The notes: a model not told the origin generated them from the letters alone. Positions 50,138-62,667 are shown, counted from the stretch's first letter. The stretch: DNA of 64,000 nucleotides from Trichloromonas sp. (GCA_034002365.1 JAVFAR010000003.1:490-64489); one strand, 5' to 3'. Made by a program: numbers and translations.

Positions 50138-50917
50138 TCAATCCTTTTTCGTTTCGTCCTCTTCTTCCCCCTCGTCGGGCAGGGTCGGAATCAATGTGAT
50201 GCTCTGATCGTCCTCGTGGGGCTTGTCGGTTATCTGTGTGGTCGAGTTGTCGAGGCTGATCGACTTGCCCTCCCGGTCGAAAACCGAATTATCATCGAGG
50301 ATGACCAGCCCCAGGCGTTCGGCCACATCCCGGCGATACTGATACTGGTGGTTGAGCTTCTCCCGCCGCAGGCGATAACTGAGATACATCCAGACCATGG
50401 CGAAGACCGCCGCGACCCCGAGGAGGACACCGAGGGAGGCAAGGAGATAAAAGGCCGCCCGTTCGCCGGCATGGCCGATAAAAATGAGAATATCGTCGAT
50501 CTTGTAGATGATCCCGGCGGCCAGCACCAGCATGAGCAGACCGAGCAGGAAGGGAACCTGGCGGGTAATGTTAAGGGCCACCTGCAACTTGGAGGGGGAG
50601 GAAAGGTCGCCGCCGAACCCGGACGCCAACTCCTTGCTTGTCGAATGGGAGTAATCATACAGGTACTTGTTAAAAAAGAGGATGACGACCCCGAACATGA
50701 AGGTGATGGCCACCGGTGCGATGAAAGAGGCGAAGATGTAGGGGCGCCAGGGGAAGGATGCGTCGGGGGAAGAGAGGTGAATGACGAAGCAGACGAAGAA
50801 GATGAGGCCTTCGATCACCATCAGGATAATCAGGTAGTTGAGGATGAAACTTTTAAGTTCGGTTTTGTCGAACAGATTGGCGATACCTTTGAGTTTTTCG
50901 TCGGAAGTGCCGCTCAT
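50138..50917 (-). CDS. Hypothetical integral membrane protein (about 4 TM helices) with acidic tail
   Basis: Four hydrophobic segments and host-like codon usage. Confidence 0.75.
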   Translation of the reverse strand: MSGTSDEKLKGIANLFDKTELKSFILNYLIILMVIEGLIFFVCFVIHLSSPDASFPWRPYIFASFIAPVAITFMFGVVILFFNKYLYDYSHSTSKELASGFGGDLSSPSKLQVALNITRQVPFLLGLLMLVLAAGIIYKIDDILIFIGHAGERAAFYLLASLGVLLGVAAVFAMVWMYLSYRLRREKLNHQYQYRRDVAERLGLVILDDNSVFDREGKSISLDNSTTQITDKPHEDDQSITLIPTLPDEGEEEDETKKD

Positions 50918-51122
50918 GGAAAAATCCTTTGGTCAGTTTGAATGAGGCATCGCTCGGTATAGCGAGCGGTACCGGCAGGCGAGCCAGGTTGGTCGAGTGG
51001 ATAAGTGAGGGTTATGTAAACGTAAATGAAGGGGCATATTAGCAGTCTTTTTTTTAATAATCAAACGATGAGAAGGGCAAAGAAACAATCCCGGCCGCCG
51101 CCGGGTACAGCCAGAGGAAAAA

Positions 51123-51151
51123 TTGACAGGAATGGGTCAAGGGGGTATCTT
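51123..51151 (+). promoter_or_regulatory. sigma70-type promoter of the FKBP gene
   Basis: TTGACA-N17-TATCTT. Confidence 0.55.
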
Positions 51152-51204
51152 ACCGTAGTTTTTATGAGATGTAGCCAACCCCGAGGAGAGAAAGGAAAGA
51201 AAAA

Positions 51205-51651
51205 ATGTTACCAGCGGCCAAAGGCGATATCGTGACCGTTCAGTATACGGGCAAATTGAGCAACGGCGAGATCTTCGACGCCTCCCCCGACGACCGTCCC
51301 TTGCAGTTTGTCATCGGCAAGAAAGAAGTGATCCCGGGCTTCGAATCGGCCGTGACCGGCATGGTGACGGGAGAAAAACGCACCGTCATCATCCCCGCCG
51401 CCGAGGCTTACGGGCAAAAGCTACCGGAACGGATCGAGGAGATCGACCGGGCGCGGCTTCCGGAAAAGCTCAATCCCCGCGTCGGCGAACGTCTGGAGAT
51501 CACCGGTCACGACAACAGCCGGCGCATCGTGGAGGTTGTCGCAGTCAGCGACCAGACCCTGACCCTCGACGGCAACCATCCTCTGGCAGGACGGGATCTG
51601 ACCTTCGACATCACCATGTTGGAAGTGGTCAAACAGCCGAAACTTTTCTAG
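51205..51651 (+). CDS. FKBP-type PPIase (SlyD/SlpA-like, no His tail)
   Basis: V.YTG.L..G..FD.S, VIPGFE, AYG, DGNHPLAG..L.F. Confidence 0.92.
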   Translation: MLPAAKGDIVTVQYTGKLSNGEIFDASPDDRPLQFVIGKKEVIPGFESAVTGMVTGEKRTVIIPAAEAYGQKLPERIEEIDRARLPEKLNPRVGERLEITGHDNSRRIVEVVAVSDQTLTLDGNHPLAGRDLTFDITMLEVVKQPKLF

Positions 51652-51718
51652 CTGACGGATCAACCCGAAAACACCCCGGCTCCGCTCCTTATCGAACGGG
51701 GTTTTTTTTGCACCGGTT

Positions 51719-52483
51719 TCAGCGGCGGTAAGGTTTGAGGACGATGGTGCCGATATCGAGCAGGGCATTTTCGGGGATGGCGGGACAGCCTTGGTTCGTC
51801 TCCGGGATGCCGTAAGGTTCTCCGGGCAGGGGTTGTCCCCGGGTCTGGGACCGGGCGGCCAGGCACCAGTTGCCGGGCGTGGGCAGATAGAGGGTAAAGC
51901 GGCCATCTTCCCCGGCGGGAAGGGAGGTGTGGTCGGGCATGCGATGGCGGTTGCCGTCGCGGTAGGCGAGGACGAAAGCGCCGCCGGCGGGGCGGCCTTG
52001 GGCGTCGAGAAGACGTCCGGTGACGCCGGTTGTTCCCCCGGTGAGGGTGGTGTCCCCGAGAATCGGGCGCTGGGAAAGGCTGTGCAGCCGAAAGTCGACC
52101 CGAATCCGTTCTCCGTCCCTGACCTGTACCGGATTTCTTTCCGGCAGCGCCCAGGCATCCCCTGGTCGGGGCGGCCCGCTGTCGCCGCCGGCTCGCCGCG
52201 AGCGGGCAACCAGGTAAAAGTCGCCGGGGCCGCAGTCGAGAAAATAATCTCCCTGGGCGTCGGCCGGGGCGGCGAAGTCGGCCGGTCCGCGCAGATTGCT
52301 CGCGGCGTTGCGGTAGGCGTAAACCGTCGCCGCCGGATCGGGTGCGCCGGGGGCGGCGCTGATCCGGCCATAAACACCGGTGGCCAGACCCGGTACCGGG
52401 ACGCTCGGTGGCGGCGCGGAAGAAAGACAGGCGCTGAAGGCCAAAGGCAACAGCAGAATCGGTAAGCGCTGCCGGAGGCTCAT
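51719..52483 (-). CDS. Lipoprotein with two carboxypeptidase-regulatory-like beta-sandwich domains
   Basis: Lipobox FSAC. Duplicated G..G...A.V.AYR...D..G.[YF].L...G motif. Confidence 0.72.
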   Translation of the reverse strand: MSLRQRLPILLLPLAFSACLSSAPPPSVPVPGLATGVYGRISAAPGAPDPAATVYAYRNAASNLRGPADFAAPADAQGDYFLDCGPGDFYLVARSRRAGGDSGPPRPGDAWALPERNPVQVRDGERIRVDFRLHSLSQRPILGDTTLTGGTTGVTGRLLDAQGRPAGGAFVLAYRDGNRHRMPDHTSLPAGEDGRFTLYLPTPGNWCLAARSQTRGQPLPGEPYGIPETNQGCPAIPENALLDIGTIVLKPYRR

Positions 52484-54363
52484 GGCAACTCGGCGAAGCC
52501 GTCACCAGCCACGGTCAGAAGCCACAAAGATTGTTGGGTTTCGCCGTTGGCGGCGATGGTGAAGGGGCGGGCGGCTCCGGAGAAATTTTCCACCCGGGAG
52601 AGGGTGTCGCGCAGGCTCTGTCGGTCCTGAACCTGGGGGTGGACCATGAGTTGCAGGAGGAGGCTGGCGACATCGTAACCCTGTGCTTCGAGAATACTGG
52701 GGGGGACGCCGTAGCGGGCGCTGTAGGCCTCTACGAAACGGCGAACGTTGGCGGCGCCGGCCTCGGCATAAAAGCCGTCGGCGAAAATCGCCCCTTGCAG
52801 ATATCGACCGGAAGAGCGGAGAAGTTCCGGGGATTTCCAGCCCGAAATCCCGAGCAGTTGCACATCCTGCAGGCCGTAATAGCTGAGTTGGGGCGCGATC
52901 AGGCTGATTTTTTCGGGATAATCGGGAAGAAAGAGGGCCTCGAAGCGGGGGGGATCGTTGGTTGTAGAGGCGTTTATGTTGGGATCTTCCCCTTTGACCA
53001 GACGCAGAGGGATTCGGAAGTCATTGAGGTTTTCCCCGTAGCCTTCGGTGGCGACAATTTGGCCGCCCCGCCGGAGAACGGCGTTGACGAAGACGCCCGC
53101 CAGTGTCTTGCCCTGCGAGTTTTCAGGATAGAGGACGGCGAAACGGCTCAGCCCCCGGCGCTCCATGGCCTGGCTCAGCAGCGCTTCGACCTGGGCTTGC
53201 GGGGTCAGGGAGTGGCGGAAGATGAAGTCGCCGATCTCGGGAATGCCCTCTTTCGGGGTCAGGGCAAAGAGCGGGATGCGCAACAGTTGGGCCTGGCGGG
53301 CGCAGACGGTGGCGGCGCCGCCGGTGATGGGACCGGCGATGGCCAGGATGGTCGGGTCGGCAGCCAGTTCGCTGACGGCACGGCTGCTTTCCTCGGCTGT
53401 TGTGCCCGAATCGCGAACCACCAGACGACAACCGGGTCGGCTCTGGTTGTGCTCTTCCAGGGCGAATTCCATTCCTTGCCGGATCAGTTGGGCGAAAGGG
53501 GCGTGGCGCCCTTGGAGGGGAAGGAGTACCCCGAGGGCGCGCCCGGAAGACATCGTTGGCGCCGAAGGGAACGGGTTGACGGCAGCTACCGGCGGGTAGG
53601 AGGAGGGGGAAGGCGAGGATGAGGCGGCGAGGGCCAGCCACAGAGTCTCGGCCTCATGCCGGTAGGGAAAGGGGACGGCACTCTGTAACACCTGTGCCAG
53701 CAGGGTTTTCGCCTGTTCCGTGAGACCCTGATGAAAGGCGCGGTTGGCTTGCTCGGTGCGGGCATCCTGGCCCAACGGCGTTCCCTGGAACATGAAGACG
53801 GCTTCGGCGAGCTCGCCGTTGGAGAGCTGTTTCAAGATGTCGTGGGCCTGAGCGAGCAGACTTTCGTCGCGTCCTTCGCCGTGCCGCTGGATCGCCGTGA
53901 GCGCCTCCAGGTTCTGGCCTAGAGACGCCTGGATCTCGGCCAGGGCCGCTCCCCGGCGGAGCTGATCGCCGGGGGATAGCTGCGCCGGGTTACTCTTGAG
54001 CAGGCGGGCGAGAGCCGGCTCCTTCTTTTCGGTTGCCGCCAGGGCCAGCCCTTCGATGAGCAGGGCTTCGGCCCCTTTTTGCTCCTCGGGAATGCGGCCG
54101 GTGTAGAGCAGGGCTTCCGCCGGGCTCCCCTGCTCCTGGAAGATGCGGGCCAGGTAGAGGTAGGCGGTGGGCAGATCGGGATCCTGGAAATTACGGATGA
54201 CAAAGCCGCGCAGCAGGGACAGGGCTTCCTGACGGTCCCCCGCCTCATAGGCGGAAAGCCCCTGTTTCAAGGCGGGATCGCCGGTCGGCGCGGCAACGGC
54301 GGAAAAAGCCGTCATCAAGATCAGCAAAGCGGTAATGCACCAGACGGCGCGGCGACCGGCCAT
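52480..54363 (-). CDS. LpoA/LppC-like penicillin-binding protein activator (TPR plus periplasmic-binding fold)
   Basis: Signal peptide, N-terminal TPRs, GVLLPLQG, AVLYP...G, EALFLPDY, AQGYD. Confidence 0.78.
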   Translation of the reverse strand: MAGRRAVWCITALLILMTAFSAVAAPTGDPALKQGLSAYEAGDRQEALSLLRGFVIRNFQDPDLPTAYLYLARIFQEQGSPAEALLYTGRIPEEQKGAEALLIEGLALAATEKKEPALARLLKSNPAQLSPGDQLRRGAALAEIQASLGQNLEALTAIQRHGEGRDESLLAQAHDILKQLSNGELAEAVFMFQGTPLGQDARTEQANRAFHQGLTEQAKTLLAQVLQSAVPFPYRHEAETLWLALAASSSPSPSSYPPVAAVNPFPSAPTMSSGRALGVLLPLQGRHAPFAQLIRQGMEFALEEHNQSRPGCRLVVRDSGTTAEESSRAVSELAADPTILAIAGPITGGAATVCARQAQLLRIPLFALTPKEGIPEIGDFIFRHSLTPQAQVEALLSQAMERRGLSRFAVLYPENSQGKTLAGVFVNAVLRRGGQIVATEGYGENLNDFRIPLRLVKGEDPNINASTTNDPPRFEALFLPDYPEKISLIAPQLSYYGLQDVQLLGISGWKSPELLRSSGRYLQGAIFADGFYAEAGAANVRRFVEAYSARYGVPPSILEAQGYDVASLLLQLMVHPQVQDRQSLRDTLSRVENFSGAARPFTIAANGETQQSLWLLTVAGDGFAELP

Positions 54364-54385
54364 GAGCCCCTCCCGGGAAAATCCC

Positions 54386-55507
54386 TCAATCGAACAGATT
54401 CTTGACCTTATCGAAAAAACTCTTGCCCATGGGATGCATGTCCTCGCCACTTTCCCGGGCGAACTCTTCCAGCAGTTCTTTTTGCCTGGCGCTCAGCTTG
54501 GTCGGGGTTTCGACCCGCAGAACCACCAGCTGATCCCCCCGGCCGTAGCCTTGCAGGCTGGGGATGCCCTTGCCGGAAAGGGTGAGCACCTTGCCTGACT
54601 GGGTGCCGGCCGGAACCTTGATCTTCAGCTTACCGTCGAGGGTCGGTACCTCAATTTCGCAGCCCAGAGCTGCCTGCACGAAAGAAATGGGCGTTTCACA
54701 GATGACGTCCTGCCCCTCGCGTTTGAAGATCGGGTGGTCCTTCACCGTGATGACCACGTAGAGATCTCCCGGAGGACCGCCCTGGGAGCCGATTTCCCCT
54801 TCGCCGTTGAGCTTGAGGCGGTTGCCGGTCTCGACCCCCGGCGGGATCTTCAGGGAGATGGTCTTCTTGCCCTTGGTTTTGCCGGTGCCGCGACATTCCG
54901 GGCAGGGGCTTTCGATGATCCGCCCCTCGCCGCCGCAAGTGGGACAGGGGCGGGTGAGGGAGAAGAATCCCTGCTGATAACGGACCTGACCGGCCCCCTG
55001 GCAGGTCGGGCAGGTTTTCGGGCTGGTCCCCTTCTTCGCGCCGGAGCCGGCGCAGGCCTCGCAGGTCTGATGGCGGGGGATCTGGACCTTGGTCTCCAGG
55101 CCGAAGGCGGCCTCCTCGAAGGAGATGCTGAGGTTGTAGCGCAGATCGTCGCCGCGCCGCCCCCGGCCGCGCCGGGAGCCGCCCCCGCCAAAGATATCCC
55201 CGAAAATGTCGCCGAAAATATCTTCGAAAGGACTGCCGCCGGAACCGAAGCCTTCGGAAGAAAAACCGCCGCCGCCCCCCAGGCCGGCATGGCCGAATTG
55301 GTCGTAGGTCGCCCGTTTCTGGGCGTCGGAGAGGACCGCGTAGGCTTCGGTCAACTCCTTGAAACGTTCTTCGGCCTGCTTGTCGCCGGGGTTTTTGTCC
55401 GGGTGATACTGCAGGGCGAGACGCCGGTAGGCCTTCTTGATCTCGGTTTCGCCGGCGTTGCGATTGACGCCGAGAACTTCGTAATAGTCGCGTTTGCCGT
55501 TAGCCAA
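54386..55507 (-). CDS. dnaJ: Chaperone DnaJ
   Basis: HPD J-domain, G/F-rich region, four CxxCxGxG motifs. Confidence 0.98.
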   Translation of the reverse strand: MANGKRDYYEVLGVNRNAGETEIKKAYRRLALQYHPDKNPGDKQAEERFKELTEAYAVLSDAQKRATYDQFGHAGLGGGGGFSSEGFGSGGSPFEDIFGDIFGDIFGGGGSRRGRGRRGDDLRYNLSISFEEAAFGLETKVQIPRHQTCEACAGSGAKKGTSPKTCPTCQGAGQVRYQQGFFSLTRPCPTCGGEGRIIESPCPECRGTGKTKGKKTISLKIPPGVETGNRLKLNGEGEIGSQGGPPGDLYVVITVKDHPIFKREGQDVICETPISFVQAALGCEIEVPTLDGKLKIKVPAGTQSGKVLTLSGKGIPSLQGYGRGDQLVVLRVETPTKLSARQKELLEEFARESGEDMHPMGKSFFDKVKNLFD

Positions 55508-55533
55508 GGGACGGTCCTTCTTTCATAAAAAAT

Positions 55534-55561
55534 GCAGGGGCGCAGCATGCCGCGCCCCTAC
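55534..55561 (-). repeat. GTAG-family REP element
   Basis: Minus strand GTAGGGGCGCGGCATGCTGCGCCCCTGC, with the same GTAGGGGCG head as the element in uvrA. Confidence 0.65.
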
Positions 55562-55589
55562 CTCGTACCGGAAAATCGAAAAATCCCGA

Positions 55590-57500
<1,911 letters not shown>

Positions 57501-57563
57501 GATGTTTTCCTCCTTGTGTTGAGCCCTTTTAACGGGTGATTTTTTGTGGATTAAGCAGGTCGG

Positions 57564-58148
57564 CTAGGCGGCGGGCGCCTTGGCCACCATGACCAGGGTG
57601 GGGCGGAGCAGACGGCCGTTGAGCTGGTAGCCCTTCTGCAACTCCTTCACCACCGTGTTGGCTGGATGCTCGGCGCTTTCCAGCTGCCCCATCGCTTCGT
57701 GCCAGGCCGGATCGAAGGGCGCCCCTTCCGCCTGGATCGGGGTGACGCCGAATTTTTCCAGACTTTTGACAAAGAGCCCCAGGGTCATCTCCACCCCCTG
57801 ACGCAAACTTTCCTCCCCCGCGCCGCCTTCCTGGCGGGCGTGTTCGAGAGCCCGCTCGAGATTGTCCAGCACCGGCAGCAGTTCCTTGAGGATGTTTTCG
57901 TTGGCGAAGCGCGCCAGATCTTCTTTCTCCTTCTGGGCGCGGCGCCGGAAATTCTCCAGGTCGGCCCGTTCGCGCAGATAGAGATCCCAGTTCTTCCGCG
58001 CCACTTCCTGCGCCGCCGCCAGCTGTTCCTCCAGGCTCGGAACGGATTCCCGGGTCTCGGCCGCGCCCGTTTCCTCGGTGACCTCGGCGGGAGCCTCTTC
58101 GCTGACGGGCGGGGACTGCTCTTTAATGTGTTCGGATTTTTTTGCCAC
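57564..58148 (-). CDS. grpE: Nucleotide exchange factor GrpE
   Basis: ADLENFRRR, LLPVLDNLERAL, FDP..HEA, QKGY.L..RLLRP; GTG start. Confidence 0.96.
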   Translation of the reverse strand: MAKKSEHIKEQSPPVSEEAPAEVTEETGAAETRESVPSLEEQLAAAQEVARKNWDLYLRERADLENFRRRAQKEKEDLARFANENILKELLPVLDNLERALEHARQEGGAGEESLRQGVEMTLGLFVKSLEKFGVTPIQAEGAPFDPAWHEAMGQLESAEHPANTVVKELQKGYQLNGRLLRPTLVMVAKAPAA

Positions 58149-58171
58149 GATATACGTTCTCCTGTGTCTGA

Positions 58172-59212
58172 CTATTCCAATTCGTTTTCGAGAATCTGGC
58201 TGACCAGGCGCGCGGTGTAGTCGACCACGGGAATCACCTGGGAATAGTTCATGCGGCTGGGGCCGATCACCCCGAGGGTGCCGATCGTTCCCCGGCTGCT
58301 CGAATAGTTGGCGGTTATCAGGCTGCACCCCTCGATTTCCCGGTATTCGGACTCGCTGCCGATGAAAATCTGCACTCCTCGCGCCTGCTGGCTTTTGTCG
58401 AGCAGTTCGACCAGCAGGCTCTTCTGCTCGAAGGTCCGAAAGAGCCGTTTCATCCGTTCCAGATCCTTGAATTCGGGCTGTTCCAGAATATTGGCGGCCC
58501 CTTCGATGTAGACCTGGCCACCCAATTCATCGCTCATGGCCTCTTGCGAGAGTTCCAGGGCGCGGCTCAGCAGTTTGTCGTAGATCGCTTTCTCCTCGGC
58601 CATTTCCCGGACGATCTTGGCTTTGATCTCCTGGATGCTCAGGCCGCTGAGGGTCTGGTTGAGATAGTTGGAAATATGCTCCAGTTCCGCTTGGGAAAGG
58701 GAAAGGTCGGTTTCGATGACCTTGTTCTGCACCATGCCGGAACGGGAGACAAAGATGACCAGCAGCCGCCCCTGGGAGAGTTTGAGAAACTCGATATGGC
58801 GGAAGACCGTGCAGTTGAAGCGCGGCGTCATCACCACCCCGGTGTAGCTGGAAATGGCCGAAAGCACCTTCCCCGCCTCCCGCAGCCGCTCTTCGACGCG
58901 CAGACCGTCGATGCGGTAATAGTCTTCGATGCGGCTTTTCTGTTGCGAGTCGAGCTGCCCGACCTGCAACAGGGTGTCGACGTAAAAACGGTAGCCCTTT
59001 TCGGTCGGCACCCGCCCCGCCGAGGTGTGGGGAGAGACGATGTAGCCCATCTCTTCGAGATCGGCCATGACGTTGCGCACCGTCGCCGGCGACAGGCCGA
59101 GATGGTGGCGGCGGGTCACCGCCCGCGAACCGATCGGTTCGGCGGTGCCGATGTAATCCTCGACGATCGCTTCGAGAATGCGCCGACTACGCTCGTTGAG
59201 TTCATCGCTCAT
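58172..59212 (-). CDS. hrcA: Heat-inducible transcription repressor
   Basis: SPATVRN.MADLE, PHTSAGRVPT..GYR.YVD, GVIGP.RM.Y. Confidence 0.97.
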   Translation of the reverse strand: MSDELNERSRRILEAIVEDYIGTAEPIGSRAVTRRHHLGLSPATVRNVMADLEEMGYIVSPHTSAGRVPTEKGYRFYVDTLLQVGQLDSQQKSRIEDYYRIDGLRVEERLREAGKVLSAISSYTGVVMTPRFNCTVFRHIEFLKLSQGRLLVIFVSRSGMVQNKVIETDLSLSQAELEHISNYLNQTLSGLSIQEIKAKIVREMAEEKAIYDKLLSRALELSQEAMSDELGGQVYIEGAANILEQPEFKDLERMKRLFRTFEQKSLLVELLDKSQQARGVQIFIGSESEYREIEGCSLITANYSSSRGTIGTLGVIGPSRMNYSQVIPVVDYTARLVSQILENELE

Positions 59213-59264
59213 GGTTTATCCGGCCCCAAAAAACTCAAGCCGGAAAGCCCCGGCCGTCATTGCC

Positions 59265-59291
59265 TTAGCACTCATCACTTCCGAGTGCTAA
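59265..59291. promoter_or_regulatory. CIRCE operator (perfect)
   Basis: TTAGCACTC-N9-GAGTGCTAA upstream of hrcA. Confidence 0.97.
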
Positions 59292-59299
59292 CGTCGCAC

Positions 59300-59328
59300 A
59301 ACATAACAATGCCCCTTTTCTTTGTCAA
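59300..59328 (-). promoter_or_regulatory. hrcA operon promoter
   Basis: TTGACA-N17-TATGTT with a TG extended -10, immediately 5' of CIRCE. Confidence 0.75.
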
Positions 59329-59432
59329 GGGCAAAGCCCCCTAATACAGGGCATTTTCTCCGGCTAAAGGGGGGCGGTTCAGGTGGCGCGGTCGGCCGGG
59401 GCGCTGAAAAACGTTCGCACTTCAGCCGCCGG

Positions 59433-60569
59433 TCAGAGAAAGGGGAGGATCAGGTGATCGAAGATCAGCCAGCCGCAAAGGTCGAAGGCCCAGCGGTTGT
59501 TTTCATGGCGCAGATGGCTGCCGGCGCGGGCGATGGCCGGAGCGAAGTGTTCGCCGAGGGATTTTCCGAAGCGCGCGGTGAAATCCCGGTCGTCGACTCC
59601 CTCGGCGGTGCGCAGGCCGAGGTAGAGGGTTTCGGCCATGGCCCCGGCGCGGTCAAAGCATTCCAGCTCCAGCAGGGGATCGCGCCCCATCTCCAGCGTC
59701 TTCCGGCAGGCGTCAAGATCGCCGGGGGCCGCCAGGCGCCGGCCCCAGCCGGCGGGATCGAAGGCATGGGCGCCGGCACCGAGGGCCAGACATCCCTGGC
59801 GATGCCAGTAACCGAGGTTGTGACGGCATTCCCGGCCGGGGCGGGCGTAATTGGAGATTTCGTAGTGAGCAAAGCCGGCTTCGGCAAGGCGTTCATGGAG
59901 GAGAGTAAACTGCCGGGCGTAGTTCTGTTCGTCGGGAAGGGCCAGGCCCCCATGCCGCTGAAGGGCATGGAAAGGGGTCTCCTCCTCGACGCTCAGGCCG
60001 TAGCAGGAGAGGTGTTCCGGTTCCAGGGCGAGAAAGGCGACAAGTTCCCGTTCCAGCTCGGCCAGGCTTTGGCCGGGGCGGGCATAGATCAGGTCGAGAC
60101 CGAGATTGGTGAAGCCCGCCGCGCGACTCCAGGCCACCGCCTGGCGAATCTCGGCGGCGCTGTGGATGCGGCCAAGCTGGGCCAGGGCCCGATCATCGAG
60201 GGACTGGGCGCCGAGGGAGAGGCGGTTGACCCCGGCGGCACGGTAGCCGGCGAGGGATTGAGGGGAGAGGGTGCCGGGGTTGGCTTCCAGGCTGATTTCA
60301 CAATCGGCGGCGAAACCAAAGCGGGCGGCGGCTGCTCGCAGAATCCGGCCAAGCTGTTCCGGCGTCAGCAGCGAAGGGGTGCCGCCGCCGAAAAAGACCG
60401 TCGTCAGCGGCCCCTCCCAGACTTCGGCGGCCGCGGCCGACTCCAGCTGTTTGAGCAGCAGTTCGACATACTCCGCCAGCAGCGCCGGGGAATGGCGGTC
60501 GGTGGAAAAAAAATCGCAATAGGGACACTTGCGGGCGCAGAAGGGGATGTGCAGGTAGAGGGAGGTCAT
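59433..60569 (-). CDS. hemW: Radical SAM heme chaperone (HemN-like)
   Basis: LYLHIPFCARKCPYCDF, GGGTPS, EANP, HYEISNY, HNLGYW; upstream of hrcA. Confidence 0.9.
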   Translation of the reverse strand: MTSLYLHIPFCARKCPYCDFFSTDRHSPALLAEYVELLLKQLESAAAAEVWEGPLTTVFFGGGTPSLLTPEQLGRILRAAAARFGFAADCEISLEANPGTLSPQSLAGYRAAGVNRLSLGAQSLDDRALAQLGRIHSAAEIRQAVAWSRAAGFTNLGLDLIYARPGQSLAELERELVAFLALEPEHLSCYGLSVEEETPFHALQRHGGLALPDEQNYARQFTLLHERLAEAGFAHYEISNYARPGRECRHNLGYWHRQGCLALGAGAHAFDPAGWGRRLAAPGDLDACRKTLEMGRDPLLELECFDRAGAMAETLYLGLRTAEGVDDRDFTARFGKSLGEHFAPAIARAGSHLRHENNRWAFDLCGWLIFDHLILPFL

Positions 60570-60611
60570 GAGCAAAAAGGGCGGCCGGGGTGAGCGGCCG
60601 CCCTGTCAGGG

Positions 60612-62378
60612 TCACCAGAAAAAGATGAAGGACATCACCGAGAGGCAAAGGACCGCGAGCAGCACCCCGATCCCCACCGGGTAGGCGCCGAGCCGGCTGC
60701 GGCGCTCAATGGCCGCGTCGATGGCGGCCAGATCCCCGCTCGTGCCCGCTGTCAGATGCGCGACACTTTTCTGGATATTGGCACCGGGGTCGGCAAAGAA
60801 GCGGGCCAGGGCGCCGGGAATCCCCCGGACGAAAATGCGGTCCGCCCAACTGTTGAGGCCGTTGAAAATCCGGTCACTCAGGGTGTAGAAGAGGCGCCCC
60901 CCTTTGCGGTAGAACCAGTCGGCGTCAACATTGACGCTGCGGATTTCCGCCGGATAAATTCCGGATAGCAGCAGCAGGGTGAAGGCAAGCGCCGAAAAGA
61001 AGAGGAGCTGGGTCTGGGCCACGACATGGGAGACGGTATAGGGTTGATAGTCGGTGGCGTAGGGGAGCAGGCGGTAGAGATACTGGGGAAAGCTGCCGAT
61101 AAAAATACAGAGAAACGCGGTCAGGCCCATGGCCAGCAGCATGTGCCGGGGGGCTTCCTTGCAACGCAGTCCCGAGTCATGGGAGAAGAAAGCGAAGAAG
61201 GGGATCTTGATCCCGGCATGGTGGAAGACCCCGGCCGAGGCGAAGAGCAGCACGAACCAGACCAGCCGCAGGTTGTCGTGGGCGGCAGCCTCCATGACCA
61301 TCGATTTGCTGACGAAACCGGAAAAAAGCGGGAAGGCGGAGATCGAAGCGGCGCCGACAATGCAGAAGGCGCAGGTCCAGGGCATCGATTTGTAGAGGCC
61401 GCCGAGATCGGTGGCGTTGATCTTGCCGGTACGGTATAGAACGGCGCCCATGGTCATGAACAACAGGCCTTTGAAAAGGATGTCGTTGAAGGCGTGGGCG
61501 ACGGCGCCGTTTACCGCCAGTTCGGTGCCGATGCCGATGCCGACGACCATGAAACCGACCTGGTTGATCAGGCTGTAGGCGAGGACCCGGCGCAGGTCGT
61601 TTTCGATGACCGCATAGAAGATGGGGAAGCCGGCCATGACCGCGCCGATCCAGATCAGGGCGTCGGTACCGGCGAAGGAGCGGGCCAGCAGGTAGACCGC
61701 CGCCTTGGTGGTGAAGGCCGACAGATAGATGGTGCCGGTCACGGTCGAGGCCGGATAGGCGTCGGTCAGCCAGGTGTGCAGCAGCGGCCAGGCGCAGTTC
61801 ACGCCGACACCGATGAAGATCAGGTACGAGGCGAGGCCGTTCAGGCCGAGGAAGGTGACGGCCACGCTGCCGGTCTGTTGCACATGGAGCAGGATACCGG
61901 CCAGCAGGCAGAGACCGCCGGCGACATGGACCATGAAGTAACGGAAACCGGCGCCAAAGGCATCGGGAGTGCGCCGGGCCAGCACCAGAAAAGTAGCACA
62001 GACGGTCAGCAGCTCCCAGAAAACGAAGAGGGTAAAGAAATCCCCGGCAAAGATTACCCCCAGGGCGGCCCCGGCATAGGCCAGCCCGGCGATATTTTGC
62101 ACCCGGTCTTCCACATGCAGGGCATAGAGGTTAGTGATAAAGGCGATCAGGTGGAAGATGTAACCAAACACCAGACTGAGGCGGTCAAGTTGGCCAAGCA
62201 CCAGTTCATAGTCCATGAACTGGAAACTCCAGTGGGTGCCGGCGGGAATCGACAACAGGTTAACGAAGCTGGCAATGGGGAGCAACAGCATCCAGGCCTG
62301 CTTAAGCCGCCCCTTGAGCAGGGGAACCAGCAGTGCGCCAACGATGAGGATGACTGCGGGCGGCAGAGCATTAATCAT
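60612..62378 (-). CDS. Na+/H+ antiporter subunit D (MrpD/NuoL-M-N family)
   Basis: FWE, PLLHTWL.DAYP, RRVLAYS...QVG, FKGLLF, many TM helices. Confidence 0.88.
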   Translation of the reverse strand: MINALPPAVILIVGALLVPLLKGRLKQAWMLLLPIASFVNLLSIPAGTHWSFQFMDYELVLGQLDRLSLVFGYIFHLIAFITNLYALHVEDRVQNIAGLAYAGAALGVIFAGDFFTLFVFWELLTVCATFLVLARRTPDAFGAGFRYFMVHVAGGLCLLAGILLHVQQTGSVAVTFLGLNGLASYLIFIGVGVNCAWPLLHTWLTDAYPASTVTGTIYLSAFTTKAAVYLLARSFAGTDALIWIGAVMAGFPIFYAVIENDLRRVLAYSLINQVGFMVVGIGIGTELAVNGAVAHAFNDILFKGLLFMTMGAVLYRTGKINATDLGGLYKSMPWTCAFCIVGAASISAFPLFSGFVSKSMVMEAAAHDNLRLVWFVLLFASAGVFHHAGIKIPFFAFFSHDSGLRCKEAPRHMLLAMGLTAFLCIFIGSFPQYLYRLLPYATDYQPYTVSHVVAQTQLLFFSALAFTLLLLSGIYPAEIRSVNVDADWFYRKGGRLFYTLSDRIFNGLNSWADRIFVRGIPGALARFFADPGANIQKSVAHLTAGTSGDLAAIDAAIERRSRLGAYPVGIGVLLAVLCLSVMSFIFFW

Positions 62379-62667
62379 AGTAGTCCTCTTTGCGCATGAC
62401 CAGGGGACGCAGGATATATTTGGCCACCAGTACCAGGATGACGCAGGCGACGAAGCCGTAAATGGCGTAGAAGCCGAATTTCTCTTCCCAGGGGAAGAGT
62501 GCGTGCTTGTGGTAGAAGAGGTCGACCAAAAGCAGGATCACCACGCAGCTGTAAAAGCCTTGGAGCAGGCGCTGAACGTTTCGCGGGTTGTCGAAGATGC
62601 CCGGTTTTTCTTCCCTGGCGCCGTCCGGACGGACCTGCTGGTCGGGGCATTCCGGTTCTCTTTTCAT
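62371..62667 (-). CDS. Small Mrp-cluster membrane protein
   Basis: Two TM helices, FDNPRNV, GFYAIYGFVAC, MRKEDYYD; overlaps the mrpD start. Confidence 0.8.
   Translation of the reverse strand: MKREPECPDQQVRPDGAREEKPGIFDNPRNVQRLLQGFYSCVVILLLVDLFYHKHALFPWEEKFGFYAIYGFVACVILVLVAKYILRPLVMRKEDYYD

Noticed and set aside
51123-51140. TTGAC-N8-GTCAA palindrome over the FKBP promoter
   Set aside because: The arms are only 5 bp and one is the -35 box itself, so it may be chance.
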